From Camelus ferus (lineage: Eukaryota), in the NCBI RefSeq assembly GCF_009834535.1, contig NC_045696.1, forward strand, positions 50,904,001-50,968,000: a stretch of 64,000 nucleotides of DNA, written 5' to 3'. Below, piece after piece: positions 1 to 11,649 of the stretch (the first letter of the stretch is position 1; each line of letters begins with the position of its first letter). A program made the translations under genes and the position numbers. The notes under the pieces are model-generated. The model did no database searches. It saw only the letters and a list, made by a program, of their open reading frames with translations, and was not told the DNA's origin.

Positions 1-779
1 GTCACCTCAAAGGGGCCTCCTCTTTCCCTGACCAGATCTGTGTTCTTAGGTCTTTCCCTGAGAATTACTACATAACATTTAAATGTACGTGACTTGTCTA
101 AGATCACCAAAAGATATACACCTCTAAGGAACATCCTCTCTCAACCCACTGTTCTTTCTATAAACTCATGTAAACATTTATTTCACAGATATAATTCTTC
201 CTAGTGATACATAAGGTCAAGATTTTCATATTTCACTAAGAAGCCTGATGAATTCCTCAAAAGACAGAGTGTCACTTAAAGCTACAGTAGAAGGTCACCC
301 AGACAGCCAAGTGCAATAACCTTCAACACCGAATAGGAAGCAGCACTGAGCAAGAAAAAAAAAGGACATTTCTTTTATATTGATTTCAGCCCAAATAAAA
401 GGTTTTTTTTGCTGTAGTTTCCTCTTATTTCCCATATTGTTTATTCTGATTACTTATTCAAACACCTCCATCCAGCAAGAGATTAAGCCAAAGACAAGTG
501 GCTTACTAACTTCTTAGACAAGCACACAACATTATTTTTTTTTTTTTGGTAAAGTAGTCTAACAGCATGGCTATTAGAACTGAGAAAAATATTTATAGCA
601 ACTTATATATATATATATATATAAATATTATATATATGCCATATATATATGTGGCACTAATTATGTGCCAAAGACTATGTTCATCACTATATTAGTATTT
701 TATCACTGAATTCTCAAAACAATACAATCAGGCAAATAGTATTATTCCAGTTTTAAAGATCAGAAAATTCAGGCTGAGA

Positions 780-925
780 GGGGAGGGTATAGCTCAGTGG
801 TAGAGCACATGCTTAGCATGCATGAGGTCCTGGGTTCAATCTCCAGTACCTCCATTAAATAATAAATAAACAAACAAATAAACCTAATTACCCCGCTCAA
901 AAAAAAAAAAAAAAAAAAAGGAAAA
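780..925 (+). mobile_element. tRNA-derived SINE, Vic-1-like (camelid), inserted in a MIR remnant
   Basis: Head GGGGAGGGTATAGCTCAGTGGTAGAGC (A box) and GGTTCAATC (B box), tail AAATAAACCTAATTACCCC plus poly(A). 18-bp TSD with one mismatch: AGAAAATTCAGGCTGAGA (762-779) and AGAAAACTCAGGCTGAGA (926-943). Confidence 0.9.
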
Positions 926-1171
926 AGAAAACTCAGGCTGAGAAGTTAATTTAAGGTCATGTGGCTAATAAGCTGTAGGGCAGGAATTCAAAGCACCAGA
1001 CTAGACTCTAATTGTCACTCTTCCTTTCTTCGAAAGTCCATATGTGGATAGTTGAATGAGGACACAATAATAACTAGAGTCTCTCCAATGTGAATCAAAT
1101 ATGGAGGGAAAGAGAGAAACCTACTTATCCCTTCTTTTCCTAACTCTACAGATAATGCAGTTTAGCATTAC

Positions 1172-1315
1172 CTCCTTCATGATAGACAATCTCCTTTTCT
1201 CAAGATTAGAAATTTCTGGTTTCTGCTTCTTCCATTTTCTCTTCAAAGCTTTTTCTTGGAGCTCCCAGTGTACTAATGCTCTATTCTTCGATTTGTGTAT
1301 TTCATGACGACGTAT
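1172..1315 (-). CDS. SPICE1: SPICE1 third coding exon (144 bp): [48 protein letters not shown]
   Basis: Minus-strand translation matches the remembered SPICE1/CCDC52 N-terminus. Acceptor tatag|ATA, donor GAG|gtaatg, phase 0-0. Confidence 0.95.
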
Positions 1316-1705
1316 CTATATAGAAGAAAAAAATTTACAAGAATATTTCAGAGACAAAGAACTTGCCTATTCAGATGATAGGACCATCTAATGTAGTCTA
1401 TCTTTGAAAATTTTTTCTAGTCCAACATATGTATATTTATATATATTCACAGCCATTTTCACAATCTTCTAAATTTTCAAAAATGATTTACAAAAAGAAG
1501 TATCTAAAACTAGTAGACCTAGCTAAAAGACAAAATGAAAAGAATGTTAATTTCTACTTCTTTTGTACAAGCCTATCCAATAAAGCAGTCTTTTTCAAAC
1601 TGCAGTTGGAGACTTAGTTAATGAGTGGTAAAATAAACTAGTGGATCAAATATTTATAAAATAAAACAAAATATAAAACAGCAAATATTAAGAATACATT
1701 GCACA

Positions 1706-1813
1706 GAAGAATATGAAAAGTAATATACGTATGTTCATGTATGACTGAAACATTGTGCTATACACCAGAAATTGATATAACATTGTAAATTGGCTATATT
1801 TCAATTTAAGGAA
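1706..1813 (+). mobile_element. Short 5'-truncated L1 3' end (artiodactyl-type)
   Basis: TATGACTGAAACATTGTGCTATACACCAGAAATTGATATAACATTG is homologous to the element at 55685-55930. Degenerate TSD AGAATACATTGCACA (1691-1705) / AGGACACACTGCACA (1814-1828). Confidence 0.7.
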
Positions 1814-2949
1814 AGGACACACTGCACATAATGAAAGTTGAAAATTGTTTTGTTAAACTTTTCAGTTACATATGTGTGTACATGTACAATTACACACATA
1901 CAACTGACTTGAGTATAACATAAAAGGCACAAAACCCACTGAGTCATCTTTGGCAAAGCCACACCCATTCCATGATATTCACATCACCACCAAGAACTAA
2001 CAGTGCAGTGTTTCTATAGCCCTGCAATGGCTGCACGTGGAAGTGGGTCACTGGAGACACAGGACTCCAAGGAAGTGGAATTCCTGAAGCAGAAGCTGAG
2101 ATATGAGCCACAGCTTAAGAGTTAGAGGGGAGAAATTTGCTAAGGTTGTTAAGGAATAAAAGCAGATATTGGTTTTACAAGCACTCCGGCATTCAGAACT
2201 ATAAATATGAACAAAACCTGTATGTCACCTGATAAAATGTATTGCTGAGTTTGCATCATGTAAATAAGAAATCAGTCCATTAAGAGACTAACAACCAAAT
2301 ACTATGTAAGGATTCTAATTCACAAAAACAAATGAAGATGACATTTTTGAGACTATCAGGGATATATGAATATGGACTGGAAATTAGGTAATACCAAAAA
2401 TTAATGTTACTTTTGTCAGGTATGATAATGGCATTGTGATTATATATAAGAAAATGTCTATTTTTTATAATGCAAACTGAATATGTAGGCACAAAATGAC
2501 ATGTTCTCTGGGCTTTGCTTTAAAATGCTACAGTGAAAAAGGTATGATAAATGAAACAATTATGGCAATATTTTCATAACTTTTACATCCAAGTGAACAG
2601 TACATAGGAGTTCTTTACACTTTTAGTCTCTACTTTCATGTGAGTTTGAAATTTTTCATAATAAAAAAAATTTTAAGTCAGTTGGACATCATTATTATCC
2701 TCAATAAACATTTAATGAGTACCTACTAGGATTACTATTCCTAGATCCACAAAGACATATAAGATATGGCCTCTATCCCTCCAAAGCATTAATAATCTGC
2801 CCAGGGAGATTGGACATATGCATATAAAGATAAATGACATGCATTAGAGGGCATATGCTCAATGCCTTATGTTAGTAGTTAAGTATAAGGACAGTTCAGA
2901 GGAGATAGCAACTGTTGGGCAGCTTCAAAAAATAGGACTTCAAACTTAC

Positions 2950-4290
2950 TGTAATACTCAAGAGAGTATGGTACTGGCAGAAGGACAGACATATAGATCA
3001 GAAGAATAGAAATGTAAGTCCAAATTAGCCCTCATATTTACAGACAACTGATCTTCAACAAGGGTGCCAAGATAATTCAATGGGGAAAGAACAGTCTTTT
3101 TAATAAAAGGTGCTTAGACAACTGGATATTCATTTGTAAAAGAATGAAGTTGGACCCCTTCCTCACACCATACACAAAAATAACTCAAACTGGATGAAAG
3201 ACCTAAACATAAGAGCTAAAGTTTTAAAACTCCTAGAAGAAAACATAGAAGTAATTTTTGAACCTTGCTTAGACAATGGTTTCTTACATATGACACTAAA
3301 ACCACAAGTAAGAAAAGAAAAATTACATAAATTAGACTTCACCAAAATTTAAAACTTTTATGTTTCAAAGGATACCACCAAGAAAGCAAAAAGACAACCA
3401 ACAGAATGGAAGATAATATTTGCAAATCACGTATCTGATAAGAAACTTGTATCCAGAGTATATAAAGAACTCCTACTACTCAACAATAAAAACATAAATA
3501 ATCCAATTTTTAAAAAAGTTTTTTGCATTTCTCTTTTCATCAAGTCCAGTTCATTGTAGTCACATCTTTCCTCTGGTAATTTTTAAATAACTAAGGGATT
3601 CGAACAAACATTTCTCCAAAGAAGATACAACAAATGGCCAAAAAGCATACGAAAAGATACTCAACATCATTAGTCATTAGGGAAATGCAAATCAAAACCA
3701 CAATGAAATTCTACTTTATACCCTCTAGGAGAACTAAAACCAAAAAGATGACAATGATAAATGTTCACAAGGGGTATGGAAAAACGAATCCTCATACATG
3801 CTGGTGAGAATGTAAATGGTGCAGCCGCATTAGAAAACCCTTTGGCAGTTCCTTAGAAAGTTAAATATAGAGATAGCATATGACTCAGCGGTCATACTTT
3901 CATGTATATACCCAAGAGAACTGAGCGTATGTTCACACAAAAACCTGTACACAAATATTCAGAGCAGCATTATTCATAACAGTCAAAAATTAGAAACAAC
4001 CCAAATATCCAACAACTGATGAATGGATAAATAAAATATAGTATATCCATACAATGGAATAATATTTGGCAATAATAAGGATGAAGTATTGATACATGCA
4101 GGGAGGCATAAAGAGTGACTGTTAATGGGAAAAGGATTACTTCTGGGAGGGTGATAAAAATGTTATAAAATTACAAAGTGATGATGGTTGCATAACTGTG
4201 AATATACTAAAAGGCAATAAACTGTACACTTTAAAAGTGTAGATTTTATGGTATGTAAATTATATCCTAATAAAGCTGTTTAAAAATAAA
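2950..4290 (+). mobile_element. Old L1 (L1M-type) ORF2 3' region and 3' UTR, degenerate
   Basis: Typical L1 motifs (GGTGCCAAGATAATTCAATGGGGAAAGAACAGTC, GAAATGCAAATCAAAACCACAATG), ending AATAAAGCTGTTTAAAAA. Confidence 0.85.
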
Positions 4291-4796
4291 CTTATAGTAG
4301 AAACTTAAAAAAAAAAAAGTAAGACTTGAACTAGTATAAGGAAGCAAAGTTAAGACTCGGACAGGTGGAGAAGAAGGTAGGGAAACTTCCAAGTAAAGAG
4401 AATAGCATGAACTGGGGCACAAATGTGGAAATATACATGGCACAGTTTGAGAAAAAAATTACTATGTATATTTGTGTAGAGAAATAATAGTAAATAATGC
4501 CAGTGATATCTACAGCTAGAAAAAGACCATAGATGTGTAGAGGACAATACAAGACTAGAGAGATTTGAACAGTAAACAGATCCTATCTAATAAAATTCTA
4601 ATACATGCCAATTGATATCCCTAGGTAAAATAAGGAAGTCCAGGACACATGCTTTTTGATTTTATATAGACATAAACAAGATTAAAATTAACTGAATAAC
4701 TTCCAAGAAGTGCTTCTGGTTTTTATTCTGAAGGTCAGAAACCAAGTATCAAATAAAACATGTAACAAATCCCGCAACTTTCCATAGTAAACATAC

Positions 4797-4844
4797 CAGA
4801 TCTTCAGGAGTTGCCCGATGAACTGTAAGATCAGTCATAGTATT
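4797..4844 (-). CDS. SPICE1: SPICE1 second coding exon (48 bp): NTMTDLTVHRATPEDL
   Basis: Acceptor ttttttgcag|AAT, donor CTG|gtatgt. Peptide continues the SPICE1 sequence in phase 0 between the flanking exons. Confidence 0.95.
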
Positions 4845-5374
4845 CTGCAAAAAAAGATGAACTTTCTTTAAAAAGTAAAAAAGGTTTCTTATAAAATATT
4901 AGTATGTGCTGGATTTTAATGGCTGAAAATGGATTCAAAATCCTGAGACCAAAACATCTTTCTTTCGAGGAAGCAATCAATATTCTCAATTTAAATATTA
5001 AAATGGATTGATTACTTTTAGCTGTCTTGTAGAAAATAACAGACTATTTTTAGGTGTCTTACAGAAATTAAGCACTAAACTCACCAAGCAGGCACACATT
5101 ATACTAAAACAGTGAATAAAACAGGATAGTATATAATTCAAAATGAGTTAGTTTAATTGAAGTTATAGTTTTCAAATGATAGTCCATGGAATGAGGCAAC
5201 TTTAAAGATTCCTAAAAGATAAACTGTGATCACTTTAGAGAGGTTCAGTTTGTGTCCATGCAAACACCTTAAGCACAGAACCTATCATAATAAGAGATGA
5301 ATTTTGAGGGTATTGTGTAATTTCATAAAATGTGAAAATAGTTACTCAAGTAAAAAGGCACTAAACCAACATGG

Positions 5375-5490
5375 CAGGGCTTCCACACTGCACAACTCCA
5401 GAAGGTACCATTAATATCCTCGGTCATGTAAATAGTCCCCCCTTGGAGTCGTGCAGGCTGTGCACTGCACGACTCCAAGTAGCAGCCCCA
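5375..5490. mobile_element. MER91-like hAT MITE remnant containing a perfect 15-bp hairpin
   Basis: CAGGGC...CTGCACAACTCC...GGAGTCGTGCAG...GCAGCCC layout resembles MER91 from memory. Inverted repeat at 5442-5456 / 5465-5479 is seen directly. Confidence 0.6.
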
Positions 5491-5852
5491 CAATTTGGTC
5501 CTTCCCAAAATGACTCCAGCCACTTTGTTATACAGATTTGGTAAGGCAGGGAACAAAAGAATGTAGAGTTTTAATTCTAAGAGAAATATAGAGACCTGAG
5601 TCTAGTGAAATCATTTCTGATGTGTTCAAAGACTTAACTTTTTGGCCACAGCTTAAATTTAGCTCAAGGATTTTATATACTAAAATCATATTCCTTTCAT
5701 ATTGATTTAGAAAAGTACAAGATACAACTATAAGATCACAAGAATTGTTTTTAATAATCATAATAAGAATTCAGGCATATAAGTGATATGCTTGGAATTA
5801 GTTCTCATGGAAGAAAATATGATTTCATTAATACCACTATTGCTTAAAACTA

Positions 5853-6263
5853 CAGTTGACTCTTGAATAACATAGGTTTGAACTACACAGGTCCATTTAT
5901 GTGTAGATTATTAGATAAATACATACTACAGTGCTACACAATCCACAGTTGGTTGAATCCACAGATGCAGAACTAGAGATATGGAGGACTGACCGTAAAG
6001 TTATCAGTGGATTTTTTCTGTTTGGTTGGTTTTTGGGTTTTTTTTTTTCTTCGGGGGGACGGGAATAATTAGGTTTATTTATTTATTTATTTATTTATTA
6101 TTGTTATTTTTTATTTAACTAATGTATTGGGGATTGAATCCATGACCTCATGCAGGCTAGGCATGTGCTCTACCACTGAGCTATACCCTACCCCCCATAA
6201 GTGGATTTTTGACTGTGTGGAGGATCGGCACCTCTAATCGCCGTGTTGTTCAAGAGTCAACTG
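5853..6263. mobile_element. TcMar-Tigger MITE (MER8/Tigger2-like), interrupted by a SINE
   Basis: TIRs CAGTTGACTCTTGAATAACA and TGTTGTTCAAGAGTCAACTG, flanked by TA on both sides. Confidence 0.85.
6017..6199 (-). mobile_element. tRNA-derived SINE, Vic-1-like
   Basis: Reverse strand reads GGGGGGTAGGGTATAGCTCAGTGGTAGAGCACATGC...AAACCTAATTA then an A-rich tail. TSD AGTGGATTTTT at 6006-6016 and 6200-6210. Confidence 0.9.
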
Positions 6264-7454
6264 TATTTCCTTCTGAAATTGCCTTTAAATCTAATTTATA
6301 AGCCATTTCAGTAAATATCTCGGTATCAAAGAAGTATTATTCAGTTGATCTCTCCTCCCTCATTTACCATTCACTCCAAATGACTTATAACTACTTTCAC
6401 GTTCAGTCTACCTTCAAAAAACAAAGTTTTTTCCAGCACTGGAAATACAAAAAGTAAGGGAGGAAGGTTCTGAATGAAATTTCAAGTGATGGCTTTCAAT
6501 TACACTTTGAGCAACAGCAGCACATCAAAATAAATACTGAACTTCCCAAAGTAACCACTCTGAAGGAGACAACTTATGTTATCATGTGCATTCTTTCCCC
6601 TTTTAATCAGTTTCATTACCTAAGAATCACATCTTTATACTATTTTATAGCCAATCAAATGATAACAATGCAATCTAAACACAGAGAAATCCCCCTGTTC
6701 TACTTTCGAAAGCTGTAAGTTTGCCCAGGATATCTTGGCCACAACCCAGAAGGTTCCAAGTCCAAAAGGATCCCTAAGATCGAAACTGGTCCCTGACCCA
6801 TTACTCTGCACAAGAGAAAGGAAAGTTACTAAAGGTCTCATGGTCCAAACCAAAGGACCAGGCTGCAAAAGATAAAAATCCCCTTGGTAATACCAAGTGG
6901 TATTCAGGGTAGGAGCCAGGGATCATGTCTCAGGTACTTGAGACTTGTCTTCTATCTGATGAGAACCTTTGTACTGAAACTGACCACCCTCACTCTGGGG
7001 GTGAGCAACAAATACTTCAAGAGGTAAGAGAGCAAGGATCATCCACTTTTTCAGTCAAACATGCCACTCACATGATTATGGTATCACAGGTTGCTATGGG
7101 CAAATCTAAAAAATGTACCCAAAAATTTCAGACTGGGTTAGCTAGAGTTGCCTTAAAGCAGTGAGTTCTCAAAGTGGAAATAGGGGGACTTTTTAAAAAC
7201 ATGCTCTCCACCCCCTTAAGATCTCAGTTCTTCAAAGGAGACAGAGGCTATAGCCTCAATATGTATATTCTAAAAAACTCCCCAGAGTCTACTCTTCCCT
7301 CCAAGACCTTGGATATGCCATGCCCAGAAACCCATCCCACCCTACCGCACGTGGGAGCCCCATTCAGAGCACCATCCTGAGTGACTAGGGTCACGTCATC
7401 ACATCTGTTCCTTCCGTGTAAGGTTACACTGTTCATCATCCCACCTAGACTTAC

Positions 7455-7553
7455 ATCCCATTCTTGCTTCACTGACGTTTTCTTCTTCTTTACTTTCAGT
7501 GTTTTCCTTCCTCCTCCCCGCGGACCATAACGGTTCACTCTGACAAATGACAT
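7455..7553 (-). CDS. SPICE1: SPICE1 first coding exon (99 bp): [33 protein letters not shown]
   Basis: Matches the remembered spindle and centriole associated protein 1 N-terminus. Acceptor ttcctag|ATG, donor GAT|gtaagt. Confidence 0.96.
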
Positions 7554-8739
7554 CTAGGAATAATAATCATATCAAATTTTTAAAATAAGTTAAAAACTAA
7601 TAATTAGTCATCACCCCAGGGGGGGAAAAGATACCTAGGAAAATAAAATTTAAAACATCGGAAGAAAAACTGACTCACAATGAAAGAAACAGGCTACCAA
7701 AAGACTTGGTTCTTTAATGTCGTAGTTATTAGAAAATTGATACTGATAACTTTGATAAAAGAGGTTTCAAGTCAACAAATTAAATATATGTAATTAAAAA
7801 AGAACTCTAGGAATGTAGCAGTTATGACCTAAAGCAGAGATCTAGGACAGTAGTCATAAGCCTTGTCACCCGTTCACAAATTCACAACAGAGGAAATGTC
7901 AGTCCCATGTGAAAATACGAACTTCTCTTAAGTTCAGAGATAGCTGGTGTTCTTTTTTAAGCACTCCAGCACTCAAAATCACTACCAGATACATATGTAC
8001 TCACCTTAAAATAAAGGTGGCTAAATTTTAGAGAATGAATGAGTTATGATACCATTTCTAGTATATTTTTCACATAATACTAAATGGGGGTGATTATCAA
8101 TATTAAGCTAGAATTTGAAAATTGCCAACATTTGCTTGGTACTCTTAAAATAGCAATGCTAAGGACACTGGACTAAACATACAAAATGAGAAAAAGACTC
8201 ATAGTCTCTGAACACTAGGATTTTAGAATGCATATATGATTTTTAAAAAGCAACACATGGACATGACTCCTATTCCAGACCTTCTTTACACACCTAAATA
8301 ATTACAGGACTTTCCAACTGAACCCCTTATTCCAAATTATCCTAGAACATTCTAGTAGTTTCCTTAAGTACATCTAAAAAAAAAAATTAACTAGTGTACT
8401 GTGATAAAGATGACTAAAGGCAAGTATTTTTCTCGATAGTTTTTAAACATGGTATCTAATTTTAAAGTGTACAATCCAGCAAAGAAGATAAATCACATAC
8501 AAGTTAGAGAATAACATTTAAGTTTTAGTGATGGTGGTAGTAATGATGGAACGAGCAAACATACAAGCCAGCTACTGTTCTAAGCTCTTCCCATATACTA
8601 CCTCCTTTAATCCTCACAATAATCCACTGAAGTTTTATACTTGTTATTCTTTTTACAGGTGAGAAAACTAAGGGACAAAGAGTTAACTAACCGTGAAAGC
8701 CACACAGTTAAGTGTCAGAGCCATAAATACCATTTTAAA

Positions 8740-10100
8740 AGACATGGAACGGAACAGAACTAAGAGTTCAAAACAAACCTTTACGTTTATGGTCAGTTTA
8801 TATTCAACAAGGGTGACAAAAAACAATTCAATGGGGAAAGAACAGTCTTTTCAATGAATGGTGCTGGGACAAATGGATATCCATATGAAAAAGAATGAAG
8901 TAAGACCTCCTACCTCACAATATACATAAAAATCAACTTCAAATGAATCCACAGACTTACATGTAAGGGCTAAAAATAAAAACTCCTAGAAAACAAGCAT
9001 GAATCTTGGATTAAGCAATGGTTTCTTAGAAATGACACTAAAAATGTAAGCAACCAAAGAAAAACTAATCTGGACTCCATCAAAATTAAAAAATTTTGTG
9101 CTCCAAAGGACATCATCAGAAAGTGAAGAAAACAAAAAGAATGACAGAAAACATTTGCAAATCATACATCTAAGAGGTAACTTGTATCCAGGATACATAA
9201 AGAACTCTTACAACTCAACAACAAAAGAATCCAATTTTAAAATGGCTAAGGGATTTGAATTGACATAGCTCCAAAGAAGATATGACAAATGGCCAATAAA
9301 TATGTGAAAAGACATTCAAGATCATTAGTCATTAAATGCAAATCAAAACCATAATGAGATGCTACCTCACACCCACCAGGATGGTTATAATCAAAAAGAT
9401 GGAAATAAAAAGCTTTGGAGGGAATGTAGAGAAACTGGAGTCCCCAGATACCACTAGTGGGAATGTAAAACAGCATAGCCACTTTGGAAAACAGTTTGGC
9501 AGTTCCTAAAAAAGTTAAGCACAGCATTACCATACGACCTAGCAATTCTAGTCCTAGATATATACCCAAAAGAATTGAAAACATATGTCCACACAAAAAC
9601 TTAGACATGAATATTCATTGCAACATTATTCTTAATAGACAAAAAAGCAGAAACATCCCAAATATGCATTAACTGAAAAAGGGATAAATAAAATAGTGTG
9701 TATCCATACTATGTAATATTATTTGGCAATGATAAGGAATGAAGTACTGGCACATGCTACAACATGGATGAACCTTGAAAACATTATGCTGAGAGAAAGA
9801 AGCCAGACACCAATGGCCACATATTGTATGAATCCATGTATATGAGATGTCCAGGACAGGCAAGGCTGTAGAGACACAGAGTAGATTAGTGGTTGGGAGG
9901 ACCTGGGGGAGGAGGAAATGGAGAGTGACTGATAATGGGCAGGGGTTTCTTTTGGGGATGATGAAAATGTTCTGGAATTAGATAGTGGTGATGGTTATAA
10001 AACTCTGTGAACAAACTAAAAACCTCTGAATTGTACACTTTAAAGGGCTAAATGTTATGGTATGTGAGTTATATCTCAATAATGCTGTTATTAAAAAAAG
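8740..10100 (+). mobile_element. Old L1 (L1MB-like) ORF2 3' region and 3' UTR
   Basis: Homologous to the L1 at 2950-4290; ends ATCTCAATAATGCTGTTATTAAAAAAA. Confidence 0.85.
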
Positions 10101-10376
10101 ATACGGAAAAATATAATAGTTGTGCAAAAAAGGTTTCTAATGTGTTTTACTCTTTAACCACTCAGATCTTGAATTTACTTGGCAGAAACAAAGGGGAATC
10201 ATAAAATGTCGGTAATCTGTATGATGAATTATGCATTCTTTAAAATTATATCAAAAAGAATATTTAATGACACAAGAAAATACATAAAAAGTTCACTGTA
10301 AAAAGTAGAATATAGAACTGCATATACAGTATATTTTCAATGATGTTAATATACCTCATTATTAATAAAGCTTTTA

Positions 10377-11226
10377 TCTGTGCTGTCTGTGTGAGGACAC
10401 AGCAAGAAGGTGCAGGCTGAGAACATGAAGAGGACCCTCACCAAAACATGACTGTTCTGGTGCCTTGATCTTGCACTTCCCAGATACAGAACTTTGAGAA
10501 ATAAATTTCTGTGACTTATAAGCTCCTCGGGCTCTAGTATTTTATTACAGCAGCCTAAATGGACTAAGACAATATATAACTTGCTTTTTTTTTTTCCTTC
10601 TTCAATTTAGCCTAGCAAAGCTGGCTGTGATCACCCTAAGATAACCCCAATGAGCTGTGCCATTGTATAACCCTTTCCCCTTGAGTTTGGGCAGGACCCG
10701 TGACTGGCTTTTTGAGTCTTGTTTTGTTTTGTTTTGTTTTTCCCCTGTGACTTGTTTTATCCAACAAAACACAGCAAATGTGAGGACATGTCATTCCTGT
10801 GATTACATTATGTTATACAAGTCTCTCTCTGAGGACAACAGAGCAAGAGATTCTCTCCTGCTGGCCTTGAAAAAGCAAACTGCCATGCTGTGACTCCCTA
10901 TGAAAAGGACCACGTAGCAGGGAACTCAGAGAACTGTGGGCAGTCTCCAGCAGAAGTCAGTAAGAAGCCAAGATTGCTCAACCAGACAGCCCCAGAGAAA
11001 TGAGTCTGCCAACCTGAGTGAGGTAAGCCTAGCAGATTTTTCCCAGGTTGAGCCGCCAACTTGGGAAAAATGCAGACTGCAGACCACCAACACCTTAATC
11101 ATAACTTTGTGAGGCCTGAAGCACAGTACCCAGCTAAGCCACAGGTACTGTGAGATAATACATGTGCACTGTTTTAAGCCACTAAGTCTGTGGTAATTTG
11201 CTACACAGCATAGGAAAATAATGCAC
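10377..11226 (+). mobile_element. Two adjacent MaLR (MLT1/MST-type) LTR remnants
   Basis: MaLR-type 3' ends GAGAAATAAATTTCTG...ACAGCAGCCTAAATGGACTAAGACA (~10570) and TTTAAGCCACTAAGTCTGTGGTAATTTGCTACACAGCAATAGG (~11215). Confidence 0.7.
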
Positions 11227-11649
11227 TGGTCAACCCTAAATTCCAGTCCGTGTATGGTATAATGAAGCTGCTATCCCACCTCTGACCTTCCCTTCACCGA
11301 CAAACATCATGAAGGAGAGGCCTATTTCAGCACTTCTATTTACTAAGCCCCAGTTACACTTCAAACTTTTATAACACAGGAACCACCTCTGCACTGAAAA
11401 GTGATCTCCTGAACAACACCTGTAACAGTGACAATATCTTGCTTGACCAAGGATCAGACTTTGTGGCCTAACAAAGGGATTTTGTGCCACTTAAAGAAAC
11501 CAGGGATCACAAGGGAGCTATAGTTTACATGCTGAAATGTGAGACTATAGAGATATTTTGATGGTTTACGGGGCTGGGAAGTCAAATAATAAAAGTAGCA
11601 TAGCCCAGAAAATCTAGGCTTGCTTGGAGAAAATCTAAAATACTAATAA

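Noticed and set aside
780..855. tRNA gene suggested by A and B boxes (also at 6125-6196, 35294, 37900)
   Set aside because: Poly(A) tails, TSDs, a shared tail and divergence among copies identify these as SINEs.
9246..9863. 120-aa and neighbouring ORFs
   Set aside because: Sense and antisense readings of a decayed L1.
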